DNA from: a virus | Taxonomy: Duplodnaviria; Heunggongvirae; Uroviricota; Caudoviricetes | Virus record (IMG/VR): IMGVR_UViG_3300025942_000001 | Reading direction: 5' to 3' (one strand) | Length of the DNA: 64,000 nt | Shown: positions 40,549 to 49,592 of the stretch, in pieces | Numbering within the stretch: position 1 is the first letter of the stretch | Layout of the letters: each line of letters begins with the position of its first letter | Translations under genes and position numbers: made by a program | Notes under the pieces: generated by a model | The model's input: only the letters and a program-made list of their open reading frames with translations | Told to the model about the DNA's origin: nothing | Database searches by the model: none

Positions 40549-40848
40549 ATGACAAAGATTCTTAAGGATTGTTTCAATACTGAGGTTCATCTTGGAGACA
40601 TTGTAGTTTATGGTGCAAATAATGGCTTAAGGATTGGAATAGTAACAAGATTTAATCCGGCGACTTTTCAAATAAAAGCCTTTGAACGAACTGAATACCC
40701 AAGATCGAAGCCGGGGTATTCGAATATTCCGTTTGACTATAGATCATCGCTGATTGCACTAAAGACATTTGATTTAATCAATCAAGACATTCTTACCGAA
40801 GATGAAGCAGAACGAATTCAATTAGACAGAGATCTTAGGTCAATCTAA
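40549..40848 (+). CDS. hypothetical protein
   Basis: ORF of 99 aa. Confidence 0.4.
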   Translation: MTKILKDCFNTEVHLGDIVVYGANNGLRIGIVTRFNPATFQIKAFERTEYPRSKPGYSNIPFDYRSSLIALKTFDLINQDILTEDEAERIQLDRDLRSI

Positions 40849-40850
40849 GG

Positions 40851-41030
40851 ATGGAAATGCCAAGGCGTATTATTATTGGTTATAAAAATGGTAAAAGTCA
40901 GACTCACATTATTAGTGAAGAAAGCAAAGCTAAACTAAAAAGAAAGACCGATCGTGCCCTGATGTCTATGAAGCTAAACGGATATGATAAAATAACCGTC
41001 AATGGTATAGTGAGATACGAAAAATCGTAG
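40851..41030 (+). CDS. small protein family B member (59 aa)
   Basis: MEMPRRIIIGYKNGKSQTHI... is a paralog of the ORF at 62341 (GIIVYYKNGKTLKQV). Confidence 0.45.
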   Translation: MEMPRRIIIGYKNGKSQTHIISEESKAKLKRKTDRALMSMKLNGYDKITVNGIVRYEKS

Positions 41031-41058
41031 TTAAATAAAATATGCTATAATACAGATT

Positions 41059-43200
41059 ATGGTAGAAGCAGAAGATAAATACGGTAGATTCAAAAGAAAT
41101 TTTGATATCGACATTAAATTAATAGAGCAGGCCGCATTCGGCTCAAGCCAACAGATGACCTTGCCTCTTTTTAATGTTGAAAATTATGGTGCTGTCGGTG
41201 ATGGTGTTACTGATGATTACACAGCGATCAAGAACGCTTGGAATGCCATGTTGGCTAGTCCAACTGGTGGACTTGTTTTCTTTCCAAAAGCTGTTACATA
41301 TAAGGTAGTAGCATCACTAGAGAGAATAACACCAACTGCCGATAAAGCTTATGCTCTGTTTCCAATGCCATTAGTATCTTCCGAAGGACCAGTTAAAAAG
41401 ACATATGGTGTACTTGGTGTTGGTGAGGCATATTCTGTACGTGCTGCTAGCTCATTTGGTGTGGATGGCGATGCAAAACAGGTTTCCACCGCAAGTGTAC
41501 TCTTCGTTGATTATGATATTCCATTTGAATGGCACGCAACAAATGGACATCCATCAATAATAGGTTTTCCAGATGCAGATAAAACTGGACACGCTGAAGA
41601 TAATATTGTAAGCAATGTGCACTTCTACGCTAATAATATAATTATGCGTCAACCGGATAACCCTTCAATGGCCGGTATGAATTTGGAACTATGCTCAACA
41701 AGAAAACTAGGCTCAATAAGATTCGATGTTGAATCAGTCCTTGATAACGTTGTAGAGCCAACACATCCAACAGGCGTAGCATTACTTGATTCAAAATCAA
41801 ATAATAATATTGCAATTCCAATTGAATACTTTATTGCAGAAGGTTATTATGCAGGACTACCATATACTGAACATTGTGATATAAGATCAGCTATTATTCT
41901 TAGATGTAAAATAGCTATTCACAATAGAAGATCATGTAGTCATTTTGGTAAAATGGGAATGCTTAAATTAGAGCAGTGTCCATATCAGATGGCTGGATAT
42001 GATCCAGAAGGCGAAGCGCCAAATCTTGGCGTTATTCCTTGGGTCGGCGGAACTGTTGTAATAGATTTTATTGACGTTGAGCATTATGCTTATGAAGCCA
42101 GAGAAGATAATCCAGCCGGTGTGGCATGGATTTATCCACCAGTAAATGGATGTGATATTTACGCACCAAACGGTGGTTTATCTGGTAGTATAAGATCATA
42201 CGCAAGAATAAATTCAGAGCCACCTGCACCAACTGGCATAGGTGTAGCCCCATTTGGGGCCGGATCTGACATCTATGTATTAGGTAATACAGATGGCGGA
42301 CTTGGAATAAGTGGTTTTGGTATTTATTCATTAACAGGAGATCCTATTACGATAGGCGGTGGTTTAAGACATCTTGGTCATGAGCCAACTAATCCTCCAA
42401 CAGCAGCACCCAATGCTCCAACTATTGGTACGGCAACAGCCGGTGTGGAATCTGCTTCTATTACATTTACACCATCTGGATCAGGTCCTAGTGCAACAAG
42501 CTTTAGGGCTATTTCAACTCCAGGTAGCATAACTGCTACTGGATCTTCAAGTCCAATAAACGTAACAGGCCTAACTGCTGGTGTTGAATATACTTTCACA
42601 GTCAGAGCAACCAATATAATTGGTAATTCTGCCGAATCATCTGCTTCTAATGCTGTTACACCTACATCACCAGTGGCACTACCTCAGGATGATTTTAATC
42701 GTTCCAACGGTAACCTAGGAACTGCTGTGGTTGGTGGAGCATGGCAAGGTGATGCATCATGGCAAATCAATTCAAATAAGGCAAGAAATGCATCAACTGG
42801 TGCGGCTTGGCTAGACGCCGGTGTTGATGATATGATAGTAGAAGCAGATATTACATATGATTCTCTTGAATCTGGATTAATAGCCAGAGTAACAGATGCA
42901 AACAATCTATTGTATCTTGACGTAACACATAATAATGGTACAACGGCATCTATTAACATATATAAGCGAGTAAGTGGGACATTCACTGCAATAGGAACCG
43001 CTGACTATGTTACAACAAGTATTGGAGCTGTATTAAATTTGAAGCTTGAATGCTCTGGAAGTAATATAAAGGCCTATGTAAACGATGTGTTGATCGTCTC
43101 CGCAACTGACTCTGTACAAACAGGCCAGGGTGCTGGTATAATATGTCTTGCAGGTCCAAATCCTACGATCTTCGATAACTTTGTAGTAACTGCACCATAA
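41059..43200 (+). CDS. Tailspike or depolymerase-like protein. It has an N-terminal pectate-lyase-type beta-helix, fibronectin-type-III repeats and a C-terminal lectin-like domain.
   Basis: The N-terminus NVENYGAVGDGVTDDYTAIKNAW matches the signature of the pectate-lyase-3 or GH28 beta-helix. The middle shows a fibronectin type III (FN3) pattern, TPSGSGPSATSFRAISTPGS...YTFTVRATNIIGNS. Confidence 0.55.
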   Translation: MVEAEDKYGRFKRNFDIDIKLIEQAAFGSSQQMTLPLFNVENYGAVGDGVTDDYTAIKNAWNAMLASPTGGLVFFPKAVTYKVVASLERITPTADKAYALFPMPLVSSEGPVKKTYGVLGVGEAYSVRAASSFGVDGDAKQVSTASVLFVDYDIPFEWHATNGHPSIIGFPDADKTGHAEDNIVSNVHFYANNIIMRQPDNPSMAGMNLELCSTRKLGSIRFDVESVLDNVVEPTHPTGVALLDSKSNNNIAIPIEYFIAEGYYAGLPYTEHCDIRSAIILRCKIAIHNRRSCSHFGKMGMLKLEQCPYQMAGYDPEGEAPNLGVIPWVGGTVVIDFIDVEHYAYEAREDNPAGVAWIYPPVNGCDIYAPNGGLSGSIRSYARINSEPPAPTGIGVAPFGAGSDIYVLGNTDGGLGISGFGIYSLTGDPITIGGGLRHLGHEPTNPPTAAPNAPTIGTATAGVESASITFTPSGSGPSATSFRAISTPGSITATGSSSPINVTGLTAGVEYTFTVRATNIIGNSAESSASNAVTPTSPVALPQDDFNRSNGNLGTAVVGGAWQGDASWQINSNKARNASTGAAWLDAGVDDMIVEADITYDSLESGLIARVTDANNLLYLDVTHNNGTTASINIYKRVSGTFTAIGTADYVTTSIGAVLNLKLECSGSNIKAYVNDVLIVSATDSVQTGQGAGIICLAGPNPTIFDNFVVTAP

Positions 43201-43208
43201 TTTAATAT

Positions 43209-43301
43209 GGAGAAATGCCCGAGTCAGGTTTAAAGGGTTCGCCTGCTAAGCGAATGATCCTAGTGAAATGGGGTCCAGGGGTTCAAATCCCCTTTTCTCC
43301 A
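43209..43301 (+). tRNA. tRNA-Ser (GCT), class II
   Basis: The acceptor ggagaaa pairs with tttctcc. The anticodon stem is ttcgc/gcgaa with loop ctGCTaa. It has a long variable arm. The T-arm is agggg-ttcaaat-cccct. Confidence 0.7.
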
Positions 43302-43524
43302 CGAGTTAGTTGTAGATAAACTCCATTAGCAGGAATCTACCGTGAAGTCCAGCGATGTTCAATTTACCGCATTTTGCAGCGGAGTTCTGAGAATGTATCG
43401 AGTGGCTTCCGTCAAGGAAGGTAGCGGGATGGTCCCAAACTGGATTTGAACTCCAGGCCTGGTGAAAGCCAGAGGTTTCGATTACTTTACTTTCCGCTCA
43501 TAAAGTAACTATCAAAGGAATAAA

Positions 43525-43752
43525 ATGATTTGGTTTTTGCTGTCTGTATACCTTATGATCGCAGCAGCTTGTTATTATAAGTTTGCTCCGGAAGTTACCA
43601 AGGGCGTAATTGATGATTGTGATAGTGAAGAAGAAATTAAATTCGTCAAGAAAACTGGCCCTGCGGTTCTATCTTTTGTATACTTATTTTGGCCTGTTAT
43701 TTTTATCTTTGTTATTCTAGTTATGATTTGTGTTTTAATCAAAAGAAACTAA
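43525..43752 (+). CDS. small membrane protein with two TM helices
   Basis: Hydrophobic stretches MIWFLLSVYLMIAAAC and VIFIFVILVMICVLI. Confidence 0.4.
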   Translation: MIWFLLSVYLMIAAACYYKFAPEVTKGVIDDCDSEEEIKFVKKTGPAVLSFVYLFWPVIFIFVILVMICVLIKRN

Positions 43753-43766
43753 AGAAAGATAGTTAG

Positions 43767-44201
43767 ATGAGTTTATTAGAGGAGTTAAGTAATCCTCATA
43801 GTGTTACAGAAATCTTAGAGAATTATTATGATGAATTTATGACATATTCATCCATTCATAATAATCCAGATTACAATATAACTCCTAATGAAATGATAGC
43901 TTTACAAACTAAAGAATTACTTGCCTACAAAAGATATGGATTTTTGCGTGGGCTCAATACGGGAAGGGTCTATTCTAAAGTAGAATCAATTACCCTTGAC
44001 CGACAACTAGGCATTAATCTTAATAATACAGTTCCTCTAGGTATTATATTAAAACAATTTAATCATTCTAGAGAGAATATATATGCTAAATCCGTAAGTG
44101 AACAAGACGAAGCTGGTAATGATATTATCTTTAGAATTACTGCTAGGTTGTGGGTTAATGAGCAACCAGTAGCTTTAGTAAAGGAATGGATTTATGGATG
44201 A
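43767..44201 (+). CDS. hypothetical protein
   Basis: ORF of 144 aa. Confidence 0.4.
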   Translation: MSLLEELSNPHSVTEILENYYDEFMTYSSIHNNPDYNITPNEMIALQTKELLAYKRYGFLRGLNTGRVYSKVESITLDRQLGINLNNTVPLGIILKQFNHSRENIYAKSVSEQDEAGNDIIFRITARLWVNEQPVALVKEWIYG

Positions 44202-44406
44202 TGGCGTATGGGCTGTTTTTGTAAAATGGCCCGATCAAGACTGGAAAAGATATTCAAAGCTGTATACAAGAAAACATTATGCTCAGAATAACATCCCATA
44301 TTATGCAGAATATAATCCAATTGAAAACATTTGGGTTGTTCAAGGTGCTATGTATGCATACAAGCTAATGTATAACCAATTTGATTGGCAGGATGCAAGT
44401 GATTGA
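44194..44406 (+). CDS. hypothetical protein
   Basis: ORF of 70 aa. Confidence 0.3.
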   Translation: MDDGVWAVFVKWPDQDWKRYSKLYTRKHYAQNNIPYYAEYNPIENIWVVQGAMYAYKLMYNQFDWQDASD

Positions 44407-44623
44407 TTATATTTACGTGCTCACGATGGATTATCAACCTGGCGTAAGAGCGTTTGTTGATCCTGAAATTGGTATGAGAGAGTATATTGCTCATATTAAT
44501 GAAAGAGTCGAAAGTTTTGATAGTGAATCGTTAGAAATGAATACCGATAATGGCGGCTATGATGCCTATTGGGATGGAGAATTCATCGCAAGTCTTGAAC
44601 GTGTAAGAGTTGAACATGGATGA
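44381..44623 (+). CDS. hypothetical protein
   Basis: ORF of 80 aa. Confidence 0.3.
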   Translation: MIGRMQVIDYIYVLTMDYQPGVRAFVDPEIGMREYIAHINERVESFDSESLEMNTDNGGYDAYWDGEFIASLERVRVEHG

Positions 44624-44828
44624 ATATATTTATCGCGGGATGTATAAAAGAGTTGATGAATCCACATGGCATTCATGGTCTAAAAAAGTATACAAAATGA
44701 AGCATCATGCAAGAATTGGCTTTCCTAAGAATATGAAATGGATTCCAGAAGAAGGATTCTGGTTTGATCAGAGTCGCGGAATGTGCTATAAGATCCAGCG
44801 TTCAACAGGATGGGAAGATGTAGAATGA
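44610..44828 (+). CDS. hypothetical protein
   Basis: ORF of 72 aa. Confidence 0.3.
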   Translation: MNMDEYIYRGMYKRVDESTWHSWSKKVYKMKHHARIGFPKNMKWIPEEGFWFDQSRGMCYKIQRSTGWEDVE

Positions 44829-45178
44829 GTGAATGGATAACAAAAGACAGTGGTGTCAGAGAGCCGTATGAATCTGGTATGGTAAGAGACACTCAAAATG
44901 GCAAGCCAATGTTCATGTTGATGATACCTGTAGATGTTCCATATAATGAACAGATGTTTACTAGAGTTGCGGGATTAATGGCACGCGGTGCTGAGAAATA
45001 TGGTTTTCGGAATTGGGAAAAAGCCAATAGTGAAGTAGAGCTTGAAAGATTTAAAGAATCAGCCTTTAGACATTTTATGCAATGGGTTACTGGCGAAACT
45101 GATGAAGATCATGCAGCAGCAGTATTTTTTAATATAATTGCTGCCGAGTCACTGAAATGGAAATTAAATGAACAATAA
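44810..45178 (+). CDS. putative nucleotide pyrophosphohydrolase (MazG-like, weak call)
   Basis: An all-alpha segment EKYGFRNWE...AFRHFMQW...DHAAAVFFN resembles the MazG or dNTP-PPase helices. Confidence 0.3.
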   Translation: MGRCRMSEWITKDSGVREPYESGMVRDTQNGKPMFMLMIPVDVPYNEQMFTRVAGLMARGAEKYGFRNWEKANSEVELERFKESAFRHFMQWVTGETDEDHAAAVFFNIIAAESLKWKLNEQ

Positions 45179-45503
45179 TACTTTTGAACCACCAGCTCAA
45201 CGTGCTGAATTAAAATGGTATGCAATTGATTTCGATTCAACTATTGCTACTGGCACTTGGTCTGTAGATAACCCTCATTCTATTCCAGGTCCGCCAATGA
45301 ATATTCATAAGCTTCAAGAAGTAGTAGACGCTGGTTTTAAGGTTGCCATTCATACTTCACGTGGTTGGGCAGACTATGAACTGGTTGAGTGCTGGCTATT
45401 ACATCACAGCATCCCGTTTGATAAGATCGTATGTGGGAAGCTACTGGCACATCGTTATGTTGACGACCGCGCGGTGAATGCGGATGAAGATTCATGGCTA
45501 TGA
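45168..45503 (+). CDS. minimal HAD-superfamily phosphatase (Pnkp-phosphatase or 5'-nucleotidase-like)
   Basis: HAD motif I reads IDFDSTI (DxDxT). Motif II reads AIHTSRG. A later DD in YVDDRAVNAD fits motif III/IV. Confidence 0.45.
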   Translation: MNNNTFEPPAQRAELKWYAIDFDSTIATGTWSVDNPHSIPGPPMNIHKLQEVVDAGFKVAIHTSRGWADYELVECWLLHHSIPFDKIVCGKLLAHRYVDDRAVNADEDSWL

Positions 45504-45721
45504 TTCCAGTAAATAATTTTAAAGAAGAAATAGAAGACAAACTTTATGAGGCATATGAAGAGTATCTTCCAGGAAAATATGGTAATAAACTTGCATCCGA
45601 AATGGGTGCAAACATGTTGCTTTGGGATCTTCAATCTCCAAAAGTAAGACAATATATACGTTATATTCTAGCTAGATCAGACATTGATTGGACATACGTT
45701 GACAATTCTATTAAAGACTGA
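45494..45721 (+). CDS. hypothetical protein
   Basis: ORF of 75 aa. Confidence 0.3.
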   Translation: MAMIPVNNFKEEIEDKLYEAYEEYLPGKYGNKLASEMGANMLLWDLQSPKVRQYIRYILARSDIDWTYVDNSIKD

Positions 45722-46145
45722 CAATCTATTTGATTCCGGCGCTGATGCACTAGTCAATGCGGTTAACTGTGTGGGTGTAATGGGTGGCGGTATTGCTCTT
45801 GAATTCAAGAATCGTTATCCTGAAATGTTTAGGCAATATGCATTGTATTGCGAACGGGGATTTTTCCGGCCGGGAGTGGTGATGACGTACCAACATGATG
45901 ATGGCAAGTATGTCATTAACTATCCAACAAAGGATGATTGGCGTAATCCAAGTAGACTGTCTTATGTCATCAAGGGCTTTGACAGTCTGTTGATTAGAGT
46001 AAAGAATTTCGATATCAAGTCTGTAGCAATTCCGGCGCTAGGTTGTGGTCTTGGTGGTCTTGATTGGAATGAAGTAAGACCAATTCTCTATGCGCTAAAT
46101 GATGAAATGCCTAATGTTACATGGATGATTTATCCACCGCAGTGA
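45684..46145 (+). CDS. Macro-domain protein (ADP-ribose binding or hydrolase)
   Basis: The macro-domain signature reads ADALVNAVNCVGVMGGGIALEF. A later GCGLGG is also present. The start may be TTG or lie further downstream. Confidence 0.65.
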   Translation: MIGHTLTILLKTDNLFDSGADALVNAVNCVGVMGGGIALEFKNRYPEMFRQYALYCERGFFRPGVVMTYQHDDGKYVINYPTKDDWRNPSRLSYVIKGFDSLLIRVKNFDIKSVAIPALGCGLGGLDWNEVRPILYALNDEMPNVTWMIYPPQ

Positions 46146-46330
46146 ATGAATCCGGTAAGGGTAGATACGGTGTAAAAGTCATAGAATCTCAAAACTCTTT
46201 AAGAATAGAATGGTTTGTTTACAGAAGCCAGCAAAACGCTAGATTTAATTTTCTCAATAAGAATAAAAACTATAAGCTAGTCAAAAAAATTGAAAAGTCG
46301 CGCTTGACAGGCAAGGTAGTAGAGTGCTAG
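46121..46330 (+). CDS. hypothetical protein
   Basis: ORF of 69 aa. Its 3' end overlaps a promoter element. Confidence 0.25.
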   Translation: MDDLSTAVNESGKGRYGVKVIESQNSLRIEWFVYRSQQNARFNFLNKNKNYKLVKKIEKSRLTGKVVEC

Positions 46331-46333
46331 ACT
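46304..46333 (+). promoter_or_regulatory. promoter TTGACA-N18-TAGACT
   Basis: The elements are exact matches to the consensus. Confidence 0.5.
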
Positions 46334-46490
46334 AGTGCTCTGGGAAATTCCGGTTCGAGTCCGGACCAACCTCTCAAAGGGGCAGGTAGAATAATTGGAA
46401 TAATTCGCCCGGAACATGCCCTTATAACATAAAAGTAATGTACCAATCTTGTAAATTGGAAAATGGGGGGCGGTACCTCATAGGGGCTCT

Positions 46491-46835
46491 TTGTTATTAA
46501 TTATCAAAGGATATATGATGGCTGAAGCCAGTGTGAATAAAATTCAAGTAGCTCGTCCAGTTGTATATGATACAGTTGATGAAGTAAATCTCAGAATGTC
46601 TCCATCAGAAGCAAAGTTTATTGCCGCTCTTATGTCAAGAGTTGGCGGGAAACCGGAAAATAGCATGAGAAAACATGCTGATTCTATCATCAGTGCACTG
46701 TCACCAGTTGTTGGTAGACGTCATTTTACCAATGATTGCTGGTTTGAAAATGGATATAACTGGGACGCTCGTGCACAGTTTAGTTTTGGTGACGATACAG
46801 ATGCAGATAAACATACAGAGGAGTTTCAATGGTAA
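46491..46835 (+). CDS. hypothetical protein
   Basis: ORF of 114 aa. Confidence 0.4.
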   Translation: MLLIIKGYMMAEASVNKIQVARPVVYDTVDEVNLRMSPSEAKFIAALMSRVGGKPENSMRKHADSIISALSPVVGRRHFTNDCWFENGYNWDARAQFSFGDDTDADKHTEEFQW

Positions 46836-46991
46836 ATTTACCAGATCCATTTCCGTTTAAAGTAAGTTTCGATTACTCTTCACATGTTGGTTCTTCAAAG
46901 AATCAAACAAAAGGATTCAAGACAGCAAGAGATCGTGAAAAATGGCTTGTTGCCAATAGAAATAGTTTAAAGAATGTAAGAAAGATTTAAG
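46830..46991 (+). CDS. hypothetical small protein (53 aa)
   Basis: It starts in an ATGGTAA overlap with the upstream stop. Confidence 0.3.
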
Positions 46992-47046
46992 TTTATATTC
47001 CTCCAATTAATGGTATACTATAAGAGCCAATTAAGGAGGGTTATAA

Positions 47047-47463
47047 TTGACAGATTCAAATAACTCCCAAATTTATCTGGCGATTAGAGATTTAGCAGAC
47101 ACTATGGTGTTTAAATTTGAATCTCTAAGAGATGAATTGCGGGAGGTGAAACGTAGAATGGCAGATCTTAATCAAAGCGTTGAAAATCTTCGTGTTGCAG
47201 TAGCTGATGTTGCTGCCCGTGTAGCTGCATTAACTGGTCCTTTACAGGATCAATTACGTGAACTAGAAGCAGCTTTAGCGGCGGAAAGAGAGGCAGCAGT
47301 AGTATTGGCAGCAGCAGAAGATGCTGAAGACGTACAACAGAATGCTGATCTTGCAGATGCACGCACACGTGTTGACGCAGCTCTAGCAGATGCTCAAGCA
47401 GCAGCAACTAATATTGATGGTGAAGTTGCAAGACTAAACCAGGTTGCAGCTCCAGTAGTCTGA
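47047..47463 (+). CDS. Ala/Glu-rich coiled-coil protein (TTG start)
   Basis: An RBS AAGGAGGG lies 7 nt upstream of the TTG. The body is Ala-rich and GC-richer than its surroundings. Confidence 0.45.
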   Translation: MTDSNNSQIYLAIRDLADTMVFKFESLRDELREVKRRMADLNQSVENLRVAVADVAARVAALTGPLQDQLRELEAALAAEREAAVVLAAAEDAEDVQQNADLADARTRVDAALADAQAAATNIDGEVARLNQVAAPVV

Positions 47464-47519
47464 TAATATAAAATGGTGGAAGTCATTCAATGTACGGAAT
47501 GGGAATGACATGAGTCAAG

Positions 47520-47747
47520 GTGCCGGTTACTTGGCTCTTTATGGTTTCTAAAAGAGGATTTATGTCAAATAAAGATATAATCAAATGGACAAGATATCTT
47601 AAGACAGCGGAAGCTGAAAAGAATAATCAAATTTATAAGGCTAGAGATCCAGACATATCTAAAAAAGATCTTGCTATTATTATAAAAAGAGTACGCAAGC
47701 TTAACAGAGACATTAGTAATTTTAGAAAACTGTTAGGATATGAGTAA
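47520..47747 (+). CDS. hypothetical basic protein
   Basis: ORF of 75 aa. Confidence 0.35.
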   Translation: MPVTWLFMVSKRGFMSNKDIIKWTRYLKTAEAEKNNQIYKARDPDISKKDLAIIIKRVRKLNRDISNFRKLLGYE

Positions 47748-47766
47748 AAGGGCGGGGTGCGGATGG

Positions 47767-47795
47767 TTGACTCTCTGACCTCTGGCTGCTAGACT
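47767..47795 (+). promoter_or_regulatory. promoter TTGACT-N17-TAGACT
   Basis: It matches the consensus. Confidence 0.45.
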
Positions 47796-47802
47796 AGAAC
47801 AC

Positions 47803-47997
47803 ATGCGAGACGGACTAAGCAACTACGGCTACAGCTATCGATATCAACTTGTGAACGGCGGTACTAAGTGGTATACTCGTACAACCTGGTGTAGATCAGA
47901 ACAAGAACGAGACGCATTATTTCCTAAGCTTAAAAATATTCATAAGCCAGATGGAACATATTCAGCAGTTAAAGGCTTTAGAAAAGCAGTAAGATAA
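47803..47997 (+). CDS. hypothetical protein
   Basis: ORF of 64 aa downstream of the promoter. Confidence 0.4.
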   Translation: MRDGLSNYGYSYRYQLVNGGTKWYTRTTWCRSEQERDALFPKLKNIHKPDGTYSAVKGFRKAVR

Positions 47998-48204
47998 TAT
48001 AACTTAGTTGGCTATGCAACTAGAACCAGATCCCATGCATGATTATGGCTGGTGAGCAATAGAGTAGCAAGGAATAGAATTATCATGCTTCTATTTCCCA
48101 AGTAGTCTATTGTACATAGCGCACACAGATTCGCTTAGTTGGGAAACTAAAAATGTCTGGTAACGAGACAGCGTCTGTTACATGGGTTATCTGTGGCCCA
48201 CTAT

Positions 48205-48275
48205 GATTCGGTAGCTGAGGGGATTAGCTTCGGTCTCTTAAACCGACGACGTGGGTTCGATTCCCACCCGAATCA
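48205..48275 (+). tRNA. tRNA-Lys (CTT)
   Basis: The acceptor gattcgg pairs with ccgaatc. The anticodon stem is tcggt/accga with loop ctCTTaa. The T-arm is gtggg-ttcgatt-cccac. Confidence 0.65.
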
Positions 48276-48428
48276 CATGGCTAAATGTGAAATTCCAAAT
48301 GCTGCAATGATTAACAGACCATCAGGCTTATGTAAAAGAAAAGCAACGATTTTAATTAACTTTAAAGGTGTTCTTAAAAAGACATGCTCTCAATGTAGCT
48401 CAATGGGCACTTTTATTAGAAAGCTTTA

Positions 48429-48440
48429 ACCCGAAAGGGT
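48429..48440 (+). promoter_or_regulatory. GAAA-tetraloop hairpin abutting the tRNA 5' end
   Basis: accc-GAAA-gggt lies 2 nt upstream of tRNA-Lys (TTT). Confidence 0.45.
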
Positions 48441-48442
48441 AT

Positions 48443-48516
48443 GATCCCCTAGCTCAATAGGCTAGAGCAACGTCCTTTTAAGTCGTGGGTTCTGGGTTCG
48501 AATCCCAGGGGGATCA
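48443..48516 (+). tRNA. tRNA-Lys (TTT)
   Basis: The acceptor gatcccc pairs with ggggatc. The D-arm reads gctc-aataggcta-gagc. The anticodon loop is ctTTTaa. The T-arm is ctggg-ttcgaat-cccag. Confidence 0.65.
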
Positions 48517-48576
48517 CGCAATTTAATAAATAGGTTTGCACAGCTTGATCGTAGCTGATTGCAAAACGATCACTAT

Positions 48577-48634
48577 GCCGCTCGTCATTGGCATGTATAC
48601 TAGTTAAACCAAGTTCGATTCTTGGGAGCGGCTC
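48577..48634 (+). ncRNA. truncated tRNA-like element (acceptor stem plus T-arm, about 58 nt)
   Basis: gccgctc pairs with gagcggc, and there is a T-arm ccaag-ttcgatt-cttgg. Only 25 nt separate them, so one arm is missing. Confidence 0.3.
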
Positions 48635-48814
48635 ATGGCTAAAATTAAATGTGAAGTAGATGCAACAGATGGTAATATAGTAGTAAAATGTAAGAGTAAG
48701 GCTACTTGTGTTGTTGGTTATCGTGGTAGTACGCTCTATGCCTGTAAAAGGCATTCAGGAGCCGTAGGTCCAATCATAAGAAAGTTAGTAAAACCGGGTG
48801 AAGATCCAAAATAA
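48635..48814 (+). CDS. small Cys-rich protein (59 aa), zinc-ribbon-like family
   Basis: KCEVDATDGNIVVKCKSKATC...ACKRH is a paralog of the next ORF. Confidence 0.45.
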   Translation: MAKIKCEVDATDGNIVVKCKSKATCVVGYRGSTLYACKRHSGAVGPIIRKLVKPGEDPK

Positions 48815-48955
48815 ATGGCAAAAGATAGATGTGAAGCAGAATCTTATGGTTCTAAATGTCCAAATAAAGCAACTACATTAGTACAATTTGGTGGAAGAAC
48901 GCATCGTGTTTGTAACGGACATATTCGCGGTGAAGTAATAGGACCTGTCAAATAA
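48815..48955 (+). CDS. small Cys-rich protein (46 aa), zinc-ribbon-like family
   Basis: The Cys pattern is RCEAESYGSKCPNKATT...VCNGH. Confidence 0.45.
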   Translation: MAKDRCEAESYGSKCPNKATTLVQFGGRTHRVCNGHIRGEVIGPVK

Positions 48956-48976
48956 ACTTGTTATTAAAGGATCTAG

Positions 48977-49198
48977 ATGGCTTCAAAGTATGCCAGTTTT
49001 AAAGTAGTAGTTTTAAAACTTAATTTTAGTATCAACATTTTCTATGATAGAAAAGATAATGTTTATGAAAGTAGAACTTCTTGTGTGATTTGTCATGGAA
49101 CAATTCTTTCGGGGAAAAAGACAAACGTTCAAGATTCAAAAATTCTTATTAAAAGTCTTATCAGAAGTCATTTAATAAGAAAGCATGGTGTAAAATAG
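48977..49198 (+). CDS. hypothetical protein
   Basis: ORF of 73 aa. Confidence 0.3.
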   Translation: MASKYASFKVVVLKLNFSINIFYDRKDNVYESRTSCVICHGTILSGKKTNVQDSKILIKSLIRSHLIRKHGVK

Positions 49199-49215
49199 CA
49201 GAGAAATCTGCTAAT

Positions 49216-49288
49216 GTTCCGTTAGCTCAGTTGGTAGAGCTGGAGATTCTTAATCTCTGAGTCATAGGTTCAAGTCCTATACGGAATA
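49216..49288 (+). tRNA. tRNA-Lys (CTT), second copy
   Basis: The acceptor gttccgt pairs with acggaat through a G-U wobble. The D-arm reads gctc-agttggta-gagc. The anticodon stem is ggaga/tctct with loop ttCTTaa. The T-arm is atagg-ttcaagt-cctat. Confidence 0.6.
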
Positions 49289-49408
49289 CTTTATGAGTCG
49301 ATTAATATCGTTCATCACAGTGAATAAGGAAATATAGCCCCGAGGGGCATTTGCAGTACCAGTACCCGACGATATTTGCAACATATTCATATTAAACAAG
49401 GAGTTAAA

Positions 49409-49570
49409 ATGGCTGTTCATGGTGAAGGATCATTTGGTATTAAGATAACATGGAAGCTTAATAGCGAAGAAGATTCATACTTTTATCCGACCGATAAAGA
49501 ACGTAATAAACGTTATAGAATTCATAATAGTTCAGATAAGGTTCTAAGAGTAATTCGTGTAGATAGATGA
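49409..49570 (+). CDS. hypothetical small protein (53 aa)
   Basis: An RBS AAGGAG lies upstream of the ATG at 49409. Confidence 0.4.
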   Translation: MAVHGEGSFGIKITWKLNSEEDSYFYPTDKERNKRYRIHNSSDKVLRVIRVDR

Positions 49571-49592
49571 TTGAGCCTGACGAACAAAGTGC

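Noticed and set aside
43440-43470. Possible minus-strand tRNA suggested by ctgga-tttgaac-tccag
   Set aside because: The reverse-complement T-arm has no complementary 5' acceptor segment within 100 nt. It is better explained as one of two tandem terminator-like hairpins.
48449-48754. Minus-strand ORF of 101 aa, and plus-strand ORF 48193..48429
   Set aside because: Both run through the well-folded tRNA-Lys genes and the truncated tRNA element, so they are spurious.
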